Shown here: piece after piece, positions 27,278 to 40,900 of the stretch
Numbering within the stretch: position 1 is the stretch's first letter
How the letters are laid out: each line of letters begins with the position of its first letter
Origin: Antedon mediterranea
Taxonomy: Eukaryota > Animalia > Echinodermata
Reading direction: 5' to 3'
DNA length: 64,000 nt
NCBI RefSeq assembly: GCF_964355755.1
Contig: NC_092677.1
Location: forward strand, 2,316,101-2,380,100
Translations under genes and position numbers: made by a program
Notes under the pieces: model-generated
Told to the model about the DNA's origin: nothing
Seen by the model: only the letters and a program-made list of their open reading frames with translations
The model's database searches: none

Positions 27278-29099
27278 TGCGCCATTCAGCCCAGTAGGCT
27301 ACGAGTCGCATTTACATTTACAGAAATGGTCATGCCACAACAACAAAAATGAAAAATTAAAGGAATAATTAAATTAATAATTATAGAAATATTGTATAAA
27401 AAAACACACTTAAGTAATTAGAAATAATGTAATTTAATTAACATACATTTTCAAGAAAAAGTAATATTTATACAATCTTTTAGTATAAAGAATTACATAA
27501 TCTATCATTTATATACGAAAATCTAAATTCTTATAACACACTGATTTATGAATAGCGACGGATTAGGTCAACTTTGGTACATTTTATCAATAAAAGTTAT
27601 TTTAATAAATACCTTAACATTTTATATATTAATTACTTTGAATAAACTAAATAAAAACTATATAATAATATGTTAATATCATTTGTTCAATACAATGTTT
27701 AGAGAAAATAATTATCCAATCGGACTGGAACGCGCCTACGTTTTCTCCCCACATGGTGAATCGAACATTCCCGATACCCGTTGGTTGCGCTTATTTTTTC
27801 GTATTTTATTCGTATGAATACGCTTGCGCTGATGGCAATCAAGCCAGAATCCGTATAAAGTTATTTGGTTGGATTCAGGAGTGAAACTATTTTCTTATAA
27901 TTTGAGAATTTACTGATAAGTTCATCATTATTTCTTGTTTCTTTCGGTTTATGTACAACTTTTAAAATATTATATAAACAATAGGCTATAGAAAAAAAAA
28001 ATTAAATTATATAATTATTATTCGCGTATAAATATTCCTTCGTACAACAACTTTAAAAATATTATACAAACAATAGGCTATTTAAAATATTATATAAACA
28101 ATAGGCTACTACAGAAAATATTAAATTATAATATTATTCGCGTACAAATATTCCTTCGTATAAAATTACTTGTTTTTTGTGTAACTATTGATTAGTTCAA
28201 TTACACACTAAATTATGTATCTAAAATATATTTGATTCGATTCATGATTTTTTAAGAATAATCATAAATATTATTATTAAATGTTGTGTCATCAGACGTT
28301 TTAGATTAACAATTACCATTTTAACTTGAAGAAAACTGTTTGTTAGAAGAATGTGCATATACCAAGCCGACTAATAAATTAAAAACCTAAGGTTAGTACT
28401 TACAAAATATTATAAAATACTTATCTATTTTTTACTGTATTATCATACAGTAGTTGAGACTGTGATACTATAAAACACAAACCATATTACACAAAATAGT
28501 ATTATTACTCCAGCTCTACAACCCCTAGACAAAAAACTAATAAAATCCAAAAAACAAATCTATATTTATCTTGAGAAAATATTTGACTTGAACATGACTT
28601 TTTAAAATAATATACATTGTCTAAATTAACAACTTGAAAATCTAGGAACACTGAGAACGAGAAAATGTATTATTATTAGTTATTTTAGTTTTATTTTTTT
28701 TAGTGACACAAACATGCGTACATATTCATACGAAGCTCAAATATTGATAAATGCCAATCCTGATGTGCGTATATCCATGGAGTAACAATACTCCATGGTA
28801 ATATAGAAGGCAGAATGGTGGTAACTCTATCTGATTTTCATTTTTTATTTCCATTTATTTATTAAGTACTGTGACAAAATAATAAACACAGAAATTTCTC
28901 AGAGTTAAAAACAATTTGGAATGATTATAAAGATTATATTTAGTTTTAAAGAATTATGCAAAATAACTTTTTTGGCAATTGTTTTTTTACATATTTTATA
29001 CACTTTTTTGTTTTTCTATAAAAGCTTACAAACTCTAAATCTGTAAAACACTGTTAAGGCATTGAGTGGATTGAGATCGTTTTTTGTTTTACAACCCGA

Positions 29100-29255
29100 T
29101 TTTGTTGCTCCTGATTTGAAAACTCAAACTTTGTATAATAATCGTGTAACTGATCTTTGGAATAGCCTTATATACTATAAGGCTGTTATAAGTCTAATTG
29201 TAACCAGTTTAAATGTAACCACTTGTAAGCTGTTGTTTGATAATCTCAAATGAAA
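29100..29255 (+). mobile_element. CR1-like LINE C-terminal relic
   Basis: Peptide YNNRVTDLWNSL resembles the CR1 ORF2 end motif FxxRVVxxWNxL. Confidence 0.5.
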
Positions 29256-29268
29256 AACCAAAGGCGAA

Positions 29269-29429
29269 AGCTCTGTCTACACTATCAAATTAGTTTGACA
29301 AAATAAGTGTGATGTGCCCAAATATGGTAGTGATATGCCCAAATATGTTAGTGATACGACATCATCATGTCTACATATAGGCACATCACATTTTTTTTGT
29401 CAAATAAAGTTTGATAGTGTAGAGAGAGC
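29269..29429. mobile_element. MITE family A copy
   Basis: Same TIRs and internal ATATGGTAGTGATATG motifs. Confidence 0.8.
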
Positions 29430-29888
29430 AGGATTTTTTCTCTGAAGGAACAAACATCGGTTTGAATTTTCCAGATAAAATCTCTTCTGAAAACATTTCT
29501 GATAGCGAACCTCTCCACTAGTTATCAATGTTTGAATGTCATAAAAGATCAGCGATTAACCACGACCTGCGCGTGAGAAAGCGAGATGACAATACACGTC
29601 GTAGATGATATTAAATTCACGGATACACAATTCTTGTTTTTCTAAATTCGTTCGCCATTAATTCAGTTAAAGCATTTCAACAATTTTACATTACAAAAAT
29701 CAAGTAAACAATAGTCATGTTCCATTGGTTGGTTCAAATAACAGTACTGTTAGATCAATAATTGAATTTGATACTCCTTCATGATTGGTTAAGAGTTTGA
29801 GCGTTAGTTCTGTTAGAAGAATAGCCAAATAAAACATACTTTCCTCTGATTCACTTTCTTGTATTGATATTTGTTGCTGATTGGTCAA

Positions 29889-32800
29889 TCATACATCTTG
29901 AGTGAAAGGAGGAGGAGTTATACTTGGGAAACGCCCAGAAGAGAATGGGCACAACCAACATAATCTGGAACCTATATTCAAAGAGAAAAACATTGATAAA
30001 TTCAATTGTGTTAATAATAAACAATATAATTTAACACTTTTATATTCTTTGCAATAATTACAACCAAATTGTTAGCACCCCATCCCCCGATTTAAAAAAT
30101 CCTGAACTACATAAGAATGTTGGAATACCTCGTCCAAATACTTCTCTTAATAATTCTTTTCTACTTCTATTTTGTTGAGGGCGTACACCATTTACACGCT
30201 TGACTTGTTCGACAGCTGTTTCATCTTCCAAAATGGCTGATACCTGATAGAAATAAAAACTATAGTTTATAGTATATGTTATAGTACAGTATGTGTATGT
30301 TATAGTACAGTATGTATATGTTATAGTACAGTATGTGTATGTTATAGTACAGTATGGTATGTTATAGTACAGTATGTGTATGTTATAGTACAGTATGTGT
30401 ATGTTATAGTACAGTATGTGTATGTTATAGCACAGTATGTGTATGTTATAGTACAGTATGTGTATGTTATAGTACAGTATGTGTATGTTATAGTACAGTA
30501 TGTATATGTTATAGTACAGTATGTGTATGTTATAGTACAGTATGGTATGTTATAGTACAGTATGTGTATGTTATAGTACAGTATGTGTATGTTATAGTAC
30601 AGTATGTGTATGTTATAGTACAGTATGGTATGTTATAGTACAGTATGTGTATGTTATAGTACAGTATGTGTATGTTATAGTACAGTATGTGTATGTTATA
30701 GTACAGTATGTGTATGTTATAGTACAGTATGTGTATGTTATAGTACAGTATGTGTATGTTATAGTACAGTATGTGTATGTTATAGTACAGTATGTGTATG
30801 TTATAGCACAGTATGTGTATGTTATAGTACAGTATGTGTATGTTATAGTACAGTATGTGTATGTTATAGCACAGTATGTGTATGTTATAGCACAGTATGT
30901 GTATGTTATAGCACAGTATGTGTATGTTATAGTACAGTATGTGTATGTTATAGTACAGTATGTGTATGTTATAGTACAGTATGTGTATGTTATAGCACAG
31001 TATGTGTATGTTATAGTACAGTATGGTATGTTATAGTACAGTATGTGTATGTTATAGTACAGTATGTGTATGTTATAGTACAGTATGTGTATGTTCTTCC
31101 GGTTGAGTGGAGGTAGTTAACTTAGTCTATTATAAACTTGGTACATTCTCTTAAAAAATTACTGTATAACCACTTAAATGTAAAATATTTAAAATTAGTT
31201 ACAACTGAGCTGACATGAGTATTTTACATGTGAGGGCGTGTGGCGCAGTGTGTTGGACGTTCGACTAATGATCGTGAGATCGAGGTTCAAATCCAACTCT
31301 TGCCGCATTGCTTGTATCCTAGGCAAGATACTTTAGTTCTATTTGCCTCTCTCCACCCAGGTGTATAAATGGGTACCCGGTTAGATCAAGACACAACTTT
31401 GCGGAAGTATGTTTCCATACGTGTTTAATAAAAAAAAATGACTGGGGTAATAATGTTCAGTGCATTGAGAGCTTGCTTATATGCGCTATATAAGAATGAA
31501 CTATTATTATTAGTTTATTAAATGTTCGTCCAGTTTCACCATATTTGTTTTGTATTATATATTCCTGTTCTACAGTGTCAATAATACCTTATTTTAAATT
31601 AACCATATCAGAGTAAAAGAACACTTACCTGATCACAGCCTATTGCACACACAAACAGACCAAACAGAATGCTCTCCACGATTAACACAATTGTATGTGC
31701 TCTGCTGGGGAAAGACAAACACAAAATAATTATAAATCAAAAGGCAAATTACTGAAAATGCTGTGAGTGACTGGATCTCAATGGATAAAAAATAAAATAA
31801 GGACTGAAAAATAACAATGCTGTGGGTATCAGTGGCTGGATCTCAATGGAGATACAAAATGACAATGCTGTGGGTATCAGTGGCTGGATCTCAATGGAGA
31901 TACAAAATGACAATGCTGTGGATATCAGTGGCTGGATCTCAATGGAGATACAAAATAAAATAAGCACTGAAAAATGATAATGCTGTGTGTATCAGTGGCT
32001 GGATCTCAATGGAGATACAAAATAAAATAACACTAAAAAAAATGAGAATGCTGTGGGTATCAGTGGCTGGATCTCAATGGAGATACAAAATAAAATAAGC
32101 ACTGAAAAAATGACAATGCTGTGTGTATCAGTGGCTGGATCTCAATGGAGATACAAAATAAAATAAGCACTGAAAAAATGACAATGTTGTGGGTATCAGT
32201 GGCTGGATCTCAATGGAGATACTGTACAAAATAAAATAAGCACTGAAAAAATGACAATGCTAAATCAAAATAAAGCCAGGAAAAATTGCTTTCAGGTAAC
32301 ACTAATTCTTCCTTAGTGCATGTCATTTTAGTTATAATGCAAATCTGCTCAAACTATGTCAATGAATTAACATGTCGCTAGGCAACTCGCAAAACAAAAA
32401 CTCTCTTGTAAAGATTGAGGGCCTGCAATCCGCACTGTGAATTACCTCTCTTTCTACGAGAATAAAACAACAGATTCAAAATACTTACACTTTTGCATTT
32501 TGTTCCGCAAGTTTTATATGTCTGTTTGATGCTGTTGTCCAACACAAAATCACAAGAACTATTGAATATATTGCAGCAAGACCTAAAATAGTAAAATAAT
32601 ATTTATAAAAACAAAATTGAGTTAAAGAGCACATTTGAGACTGAATACAATAGTGGAAGTGAATGGGTTTTGGATTGAATTTAACCATTTATTTTGTCAT
32701 TTTATAACATTTTTTTTTTGTACGCAAGTGATTAACTTTACTAAAACTACAAAATAACTTATTCAAAGTCTGATTGAATTAATCTTCATCTTTCATGTTT

Positions 32801-34829
32801 TTGGGGGACAATAGATCATTAAATGGATTCTACTGTAGACTTACCCACATAGAATAAGAATTGTATAAAAAACTTTTGATTGAATTCCCCCACACAGTTA
32901 TTAATCCTGAAAGAGAAAATATCAAAAAGAATATTAATATTTTGATACATAGTATTGACTCTTATAGTGCAGAATTTAAGTAAAGTGAGTGTGGTGTGTT
33001 TGTTATCAGGTGTAAAATTGTCAGGTTTAAACAACTTTAGAAGTTGAAAAGGTCAATAGTTTATTGCAATAGTACATACCACGGACAATGATGATCCATT
33101 TTGCGAATACATCTACGACAGATCCTACAATGGTGAGCTCTAGGGGGTCGGTATGCCTCACACTTCTGACATATACTCCAACTCTCACCATCCTAACGAG
33201 TAAAGAAAATATGACAAAAATATTTTTATGAATCAAGGCAATACTTTTTTTACCTTACTAAGGGTCAAAATCATTCTACAATTTCATCTAACTCGTTAAG
33301 CTCTTTTTGGTTAATAATACACACTGTTTACAGCAGTGACTGACAAATAAAAATAAGACTCAAATAATGATATGTTATTGCAGTAACAAATGTAGTTACT
33401 GCAGTAACTGCAGTAGAATAATTGTTTTTTATCATTTACCTGTGATAATATGCTCTTAGGAATTGCACCAACCCTCATATCAGAAAAATCTATGGCAGCA
33501 GCTGGTAATGGGACAATACCTAAAAACAAAAATAAGGTAAGGTTTGAGATTGAGATGGGTTAGGGCATAAGATATAGTATACAATTCTAAATTACCGGTA
33601 CATAATTTAAAAACTTTTTATAGAATTTATGGAATAACATTGTGCAAACTTTCCAAGAAATATTACATCAGAAGTTATTAGAACATAAACTTTAAAAATT
33701 ATAACATTACAATCACCCCTCCAACCAAAAATGGTGTCTGGGGGTTTTTTCCCCCAAATAATATGGGACCTTGATTTAAGGAAATGAGAGTAGTTTGAGA
33801 GATTTTCTGGTCCTTCAAGGGGTTTCAATTCCTTAATTTCAGAAAAAAATATGAAAAGAAATACATTGGATTCTGTAAAAACCATCTGCATAAACCATCT
33901 GCATATGATGAAGGAGAGAGAGGTCCAAGAATTATCCATAGTTCCTCCCTCCATCCATTTATAATACATTCTAGAATCCATAATTACTGTATCTATTTAG
34001 TACAGACTTGTACTAAATTAAGGCACATACCTGGGTCTGCTGTGACAGCTCGTACATGTGACGATATGAGAAGAACTACAATCAGATTGAAGGCAACAGC
34101 ATGGAAGTACCCACTAATACTGCATACGTAAAAAAGGAAGAGTATTGAATGATTAGAAATAACTTTTATTTTTAGTAAATTAAAGTAACTAACTCCAGTT
34201 TTATATATGCAGACAGAAGGTTGTACTATTAGTATTGTATCTAAACTATAGCAAAGCAATGGAGTTGTTAATTGTTAAATAACAACTCCCTGCCTAAAGA
34301 GAGTACAGGAGGTCCTTATTATAATATTAGACAAAACAAATATAAAAACATTTAAAAAAATATGTGTCAAAACTTTACTCGCAATTCAGCAATTAAAAAT
34401 TAAGCTCAAAATTATATTGGGTTTTTTTTTAATCAAAAGGAATAAACAGCCTAGTTTAGTACTACTAGGCTTACGCTTGCTATTTATATTTTCATAATGA
34501 AATAATTGAATTGATATTAATGTAAAATGACAAAGTTAGCCTAGGCCTAGCTAGAGTGTATGGGGTCAATCATCACCCGACTCTAAAACGTAAAAATACG
34601 GTGTCCCACTCCTGTTGTGTCGTGTGTGGTGAGGCTACGCGGTCCGGCCAAGCCCAGTTGTTTAAAAACAACCTTCTATACTGTTAATGGATTATATTTA
34701 CTATAATTACCTCATAGCCATTGTTGGAAGAATAAGCCATTGGACTACAACATAATCAGCATATAGTACGGCAGCATATGTGATTATTAAGCATATAATA
34801 CCACACGGATCCTTACGAAACACCGCCAT
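29889..34829 (-). CDS. ZDHHC3: DHHC palmitoyltransferase, ZDHHC3/ZDHHC7 (GODZ) type, about 276 aa, 9 exons
   Basis: Exons 34829-34711 ([18 protein letters not shown]...), 34119-34031, 33519-33440, 33192-33080 ([31 protein letters not shown]), 32906-32845 ([19 protein letters not shown]), 32582-32489, 31704(or 31701)-31629, 30243-30129 (DETAVEQVK...EVFGR) and 29971-29889 (CWLCP...TQDV*). Phases are consistent. The paralogue name (3 vs 7) cannot be resolved. Confidence 0.93.
30270..31095. repeat. 21-bp minisatellite (TATGTGTATGTTATAGTACAG), about 39 copies, ZDHHC intron 7
   Basis: Highly homogeneous array. Confidence 0.97.
31234..31511 (+). mobile_element. tRNA-derived SINE with central core and L2-like 3' tail (ZDHHC intron 7)
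   Basis: A-box TGGCGCAGTGTG (31241) and B-box GGTTCAAATCC (31284). Core TGTATCCTAGGCAAGATACTT...CTCTCCACCCAGGTGTATAAATGGGTACC resembles metazoan core-SINE domains. Tail TGCGCTATATAAGAA...(TAT)n. Confidence 0.85.
31755..32260. repeat. 48-65-bp minisatellite (AATGCTGTGGGTATCAGTGGCTGGATCTCAATGGAGATACAAAA), ZDHHC intron 6
   Basis: About 8 units with variable A-rich linker. Confidence 0.92.
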
Positions 34830-35244
34830 GTTTGTTGATATTGTCTTAAAACCATGGTTTCCAGAAAAGAAGTTATTTTTTGCCTAATTTCACGATCAAT
34901 ATTTCACAAATTCAAAGGCGACCACCCAACTATTATTTTTAAAAGTATTGCTTACTCTATCAATAAATAGGCCTGGTATAAATATTTTTAACACGGTAAT
35001 GCAAAAATTAATGGTAATACAAAAAAAACACAATATTTTGCATAGAAGAGAATGTTTTCTTTTTGGTTGATTCAATAGATAAACAAGAAATATTTCTTAC
35101 AAAAAACGCCGCTCGCTTGTTTTAAAGATATATTATATCAAGTTTGTTTTGAATGTGTCATTTTATTGTCACATAATAGTTATTCACGTTAACCAAGCAA
35201 TTATTTACCTGAAAAGATGTATGACAATGATTTTGGGGTTATAA

Positions 35245-35700
35245 TTGGTTATCCGCACTTGGCGGATAACCCCTTGTTATCGTCAGGATCTTCTTTCTTT
35301 CCACGAATTTTGTTTCGCAGCGTAACATACGTATGATTATACGATTTTTAACAATTTATCTTAAAATCAAAAACAAGAGACATTTCTACGTATCCAAATG
35401 TCTTCAACACGTCAATATGTGGTTGCTCAGATGATTCCCTTCCAAAAGTGATATCTACGGCCTTCATTTTGATGACGTCATCATGTTAAAAATTGTATTA
35501 AAAGATTGGTCTCGTAATTTCATATCAATCATACCAACTGTTCAATATTTGTGGCCAAATAGGCTCCTTCATTTGTTTAGTACTCTTGGGTTGGCTTCTT
35601 TTCCAGATGGACTTCTTTTAGAGATTACTTTCAAACTAAATTATGATTTAGTGAATGAAATGGGATCTGCTAGGTTCCCGCCCTGAGAAATTGTGTGTTT
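35245..35700 (+). mobile_element. Possible Helentron-associated (HINE/DINE-like) element between ZDHHC and the Mesh-like gene
   Basis: Begins with hairpin GGTTATCCGC-ACTTG-GCGGATAACC (35247-35271) followed by a CTTT-rich tract, as in HINEs. The 3' end is uncertain. Confidence 0.4.
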
Positions 35701-36179
35701 TTTTTTAACATGATTTGAATAATCTTCTAATGTAAAGATTAACAACATCAACATTCCATGGGATTTAGCTAAAAAAGTGTGGCGTGTTGACCGCAATGAC
35801 TAACAATACCTTGCATAATAACACACGACATGCCAACTGTTCACTATTGTTCATCATTTAAGTCATTGTATCAGTTGTTTTGATTTCGCATTATCAATTA
35901 TTCACTTAATTCGTTTTATTTCTTCATACACAAACACAGTAAAATGTAGTACATGGTTTGAAATCATTTTCGTTTGTTCAAAGTTAAAAATTCACACACA
36001 AATTGTGAAATTATTCATTACAATAATGTATATGTATTTAAATAAATAGAGAAAATACACTAGCCAGGCCAGGCATCGGCATCTTTACACATTTCTATTT
36101 ATTTGTTCCTAATTTTCTGACATAACTTAGGTGTTCTTAAAATTGAGGGCGCCAAACATAAAATTTAAGAGATTGGAAA

Positions 36180-36393
36180 GAGGCGGGAAGCAGGAGTACC
36201 ACACATCAGATGCTTTGATGTTATTGCCTCATGATGTGTGGTGGAAAGGGGGGACGTTTAAATGTGTGAACCCCAAACACAGAAGCTCGCATAGCTTTAA
36301 CTCTTTCCCCGACTCTTTCCCACCGACCGGCATGGGGTTTGAACCCACGATAATCGTGTTCCACGACGCTCTACCGACTGAGCTATCCGGCCC
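36180..36393 (-). mobile_element. Second tRNA-derived SINE or tRNA-like head (not an intact tRNA)
   Basis: Minus strand reads GGGCCGGATAGCTCAGTCGGTAGAGCG...GGGTTCAAACCCCATG. A- and B-boxes are clear, the anticodon arm is shortened, and the 3' boundary is uncertain. Confidence 0.65.
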
Positions 36394-36435
36394 TCTGGTT
36401 TATTGCAAGGTTAAAACTAGATTCGTTTCCTCAAA

Positions 36436-36530
36436 ATACGTCATGAATATGCAAATTTATGACGTAACGATTAGAATGACGTAATATAAAGAGCGTATAT
36501 TAAGACTATACTATTGTCACTTTTCATTAC
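36436..36530 (+). promoter_or_regulatory. Candidate Pol II core promoter: CRE-like sites, octamer and TATA box
   Basis: TACGTCAT, ATGCAAAT (36449-36456), two ATGACGTAA, TATAAA (36485-36490) and Inr-like TCACTTT about 30 bp downstream. Confidence 0.4.
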
Positions 36531-36850
36531 TCTTGTAAATTGTGGCATAATGGGTACTGCTCTAGTAACTATCATTTGGATTCTCTCAGCTCTACTAGCT
36601 GGGGTTCGAATCTCTACAGATTTGTTTTTTTTAAAATAAATATAAAATGTTTTTTCTTTTATTTTGAAAAAGATATTTAGAGAGTCAAGTTAATTTAGGA
36701 TAGGCAGGGGCTGGTCCTGGAGACTTATATTCTTTCGATGTCTAATTTCCGGATACCTGACAACTCTATTTTTCTAATTTATAAGCTCCACCCAACCATG
36801 GTGGGCTGGTTCTGTAGACTTAGAATTTTGTTTCATATTGTTTTTATTGA

Positions 36851-37053
36851 ACCATGTTTCATGGAGGTAGCCCATCCTGCAAAGCTGATCATTGGGGCTC
36901 TCGACAATACAATAAAAACCATGTTTCATGGAGGTAGCCCATCCAGCAAAGCTGATCATTGGGGCTCTCGACAATACAATAAAAACCATGTTTCATGGAG
37001 GTAGCCCATCCCGCAAAGCTGATCATTGGGGCTCTCGACAATACAATAAAAAC
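36851..37053. repeat. 67-bp unit repeated 3 times
   Basis: Units start at 36851, 36918 and 36985. Confidence 0.93.
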
Positions 37054-37993
37054 TGTACCAAAAAAACATTATCATAAATTTATTATAAAAACTTACTATG
37101 AATTAAAAAATTTGTGATAACATTTCCAGATTTCATAAAATTCAAAACTCAAAAATTAAAAAAGTACTAAATATGATACTTATTATACCACGACGACGAT
37201 TTGGTCAATACCGTATTGTAATTCAATTTTTTTTAAATTCCATATTGATTTAATTTCCAGGTGAATTTTCACATTAAACTAAAGCTTATATCAGATAACA
37301 AAGAATCCTCTACAACGTTTCAACTTTGTTATTAATAAAATATTTATTTACGATGTCACTTTGCAAATATTAGTCATAAAACTACCTCATTGGCATTTTT
37401 TATTTTTAATAATAATAATAATAAAACAAAACACGAACTCAAACAAACAGAACAAAAAGAAATACCTGAGAGAATAACAGGAATCCAATCAAAATGACGT
37501 CATGATCAACTACAATAATTCACGATATTAATGCTACTTGCCATTCTAATCATGACGTCAGCTGATTAAACTTATTAGCATACATAGATGATTATTCTAT
37601 AAGTTCTATGAACACTTTTTCTTTTGATTTCTTTTGTTTTCTGTGGGAAAAATGCATATTTATTGTTGATCGTTATCGTGCAGTTTAGGGCCTTAAAGAA
37701 AGCAAGCATTGCGCATGTGGTCAAAGAAATGTGTAGGCCCGGTATGTTTGTATAATTGTTCATTAATAAAACAAAGGCTGGTTCGTCTGATCTGCAGTGT
37801 ACGACGCTATAAAGTTTATTGGCTCGTTTGTGTTTGTAGATATATCGACCTTTGGATGGAGTCTATTTAATCATACAACGCTTTCTTTTGGCTCTCACGA
37901 TTAAATTTATAGCGGTAGACCTATAAACTTGTTGGGGTTGTAGGATTCATTTGTTTTCCCCTTTTAGTTTCCTTCTGCACATTTTCTTGTGAG

Positions 37994-40900
37994 ATGAGTA
38001 CTAGGAGAATATTAGGACATATTGTCCTTGTTATTGCATGTGTGTCGTCATCTTATGGAGGTAAGCTAGTATTATAACTAATGACGGGGAGGGGTCATTA
38101 CAACAATGTTCATTTTAAAACGTTATTTGTTATCTGCGCGCCAAACGAAATAGATCATGGCGTTGGTACTGTAGATCTACAGTGAAGACGTTGAAGAGAC
38201 GAACAACAAAGAAAAATGTATGTAATGTTGCAAAGTACAGGTAGAATACAGCGTACAGCTCGACGTGTGGACACATGTTTACGCCCATAACAAATCCCCT
38301 ATGATAGGGTCTAATCCACGGTAATATTCTGAGCGGTACTGACATCTCCAGGGAACATTTTACCAAAATCTACCAAGGGAACATTTTACCGAAATCTACC
38401 AAGGGAACATTTTACCAAAATCTACCAAGGGAACATTTTATCGAAATCTACCAAGGGAACATTTTACAGGCATCTACTCAGGGAGCATTTTACCGGAATC
38501 TATACCCAGTGAACATTTTACCGAAATTTACAAAGGGAACATTTTACGGAAATATACCTAGGTAACAATTTACCCCACCCAATACCCACAGGGGAACATT
38601 TTACCGACATCTACCAGGGAACATTCGCCAGTGTAGCTGGCTCACATCGTGCACTAAAGAATATATGCTTTAGTCGATGCTCACATTTTTTGAAATTAAA
38701 ATAATTTTTGTCCGTAATTGACGTAATGAATTTTTGTCCCCAGAATTGTATAATTATGGTGGAACAAATGCTGATGCTCTACCAAAAACAGACGATGCGT
38801 ATTCACCTGAGATCGTATTAAATCAAGGATTTCCATTCTATGAACATGTTTATTGGCACCTTTATGTACGTTGTTTGTTTTAATGCATTATGGGTAACAC
38901 AGTTTTAATGCATTATGGGTAACACATTGTGTTTTATATACTGTGCGCACCACCCACCCCGGTGGCGTGTACAATTTTGCTGCAGTAGTGTAGTTTGTTC
39001 ACTTGCCCCAAGTCTGTAGTTATTACTTGGCAAAATAGAATGTTGCATGCTACGTATAGCACCTGCTTTGTTTGTTTGTTTGCCCTCTGTGGCAATATTT
39101 TATCAAGTAGACTACTAGCTACTTCACTCAGTTTCTGAGTGCTTTTATTACTAGACAAAATAGACTGTTGCCAAGTATATAGTATATATACTATTATATA
39201 ATATATAGTACTTTTTGCTTTGTGTGTTTGTTAGCACACGATAGCGCCTACAAGTTTCACGTATTATTCTGAATATTTCGGTGTAAAGGTATACTTACAG
39301 AACATGCCTATTGAAGATCAAGAAAATCTGTTCTGTAGGCCTAATAACTTCACAAATAAAAAAAATATTTTTTTATATTTTCAACATATCAGCATGCGCC
39401 CTCTGTAGCAATATTTTGCAAAGTACTTCACTCAGTTTCTGAGTGATTTTATTGTCTTTTGTTATGTTAGAGTCTATCGAAGTCGGTGTTTAGATTTTTT
39501 CTGAAAAAGTTAGTATACGTATGAAACGCCATATGTGCCATTAAGTCAAAACACAGTCTAGAACTAGACTAGAAGTGGAGTACTGTCATCAATCATCAAT
39601 CATTAAACAAAGTCTAGAAAATGTTTATATTTATGTTTTTAGGTAAATGAAAATGGGTTGATTTCTTTTGAACACGAGGTTGGTGCTTATTCAGACATGC
39701 CGAATTTTTTTCCACAAGGTCCAGCTCTGGTAAGATCTATTTGTTTTATTATAAGTGCGGTATTGTCTATACAAAATAATTTATATTAAATAAATTATTT
39801 CAAATATCAAAATATTACGATAGGTTTCATGTGTTGTCTGGCCATGTCCTAGTCTCACTACAGTAAAATGTACACAATCTGATTTTTTTTTGCAAATCTA
39901 TACAATATCTGTTACCATCTGTTACGCTGTCATCTCCAGAATAGCTCTGATAGCTCTTTGATTAGAGTTCACAAAAATTGTTCTGTCAAAAAGGTGTAGG
40001 CCTACCGTCTGCAAACTATTTGTATGTAGTTATTTGCTGAAGTATGTCAATTGGTCATATATTAAACATTGAAGCTAAAGTTTGCTAAAGTGTAGAGGAG
40101 TAAAAGTTCTTTATTTTATAAACATTGTTGAAATTGATGAAATTACCTTCTTTTTAGGACGGTCCTGACAGTGGTAGTGAGCCCGACGAGCGCATCATCA
40201 TCGCGCCGTTTTGGGCCGACATAGACACCAGATCAATCGGATCCGTATACTATCGCCAGGACCAATCAGAAGCCACGTTAAATCAGATCACGGCAGATAT
40301 TAGAAAATACTATGTGATGGCACGTGACTTCACCGCCACTTGGTCCTTCGTCGCCACGTGGGCAGGTGTGACGTTTAAAGGATATAATACAGAAAACACT
40401 GATATTCCTGTAAGTGGTTTTCACTATTACACTTTAACCGATTACCTGATGGACCACTGACAAACAGGCATTCAATAACTGAATCATGTTTAAATGAATT
40501 AACTTAACAGACTACTTCATAATAATAAGGTATTCTAAAATTATATTTTTAACCGATTACCTGATGGACTGACTTCAATAATTTAATCATGTTTAAATGA
40601 ATTAACTTAACAGACTACTTCATAATAATAAGGTATTCTAAAATTATATTTTTAACCGATTACTTGATGGACTGACTTCAATAATTTAATCATGTTTATG
40701 AATTAACTTAACAGACTACTTCATAATAATAAGGTATTCTAAAATTATATTTTTAACCGATTACTTGATGGACTGACTTCAATAATTTAATCATGTTTAA
40801 ATGAATTAACTTAACAGACTACTTCATAATAAGGTATCCTAAAATTGCATTTTTGTTTCACAGAAAAACACATTTCAAACAGTTCTAGCAACCGATGGTT

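Noticed and set aside
30354-31116. VCYSTVC / YVIVQY repeat ORFs
   Set aside because: Translation of an intronic 21-bp minisatellite.
31755-32260. CRISPR-like appearance of repeats with linkers
   Set aside because: Eukaryotic intron, linkers are near-identical rather than unique spacers, and no cas genes are present.
36325-36393. Possible tRNA gene
   Set aside because: Anticodon arm is truncated and acceptor pairing is poor; better explained as a SINE head.
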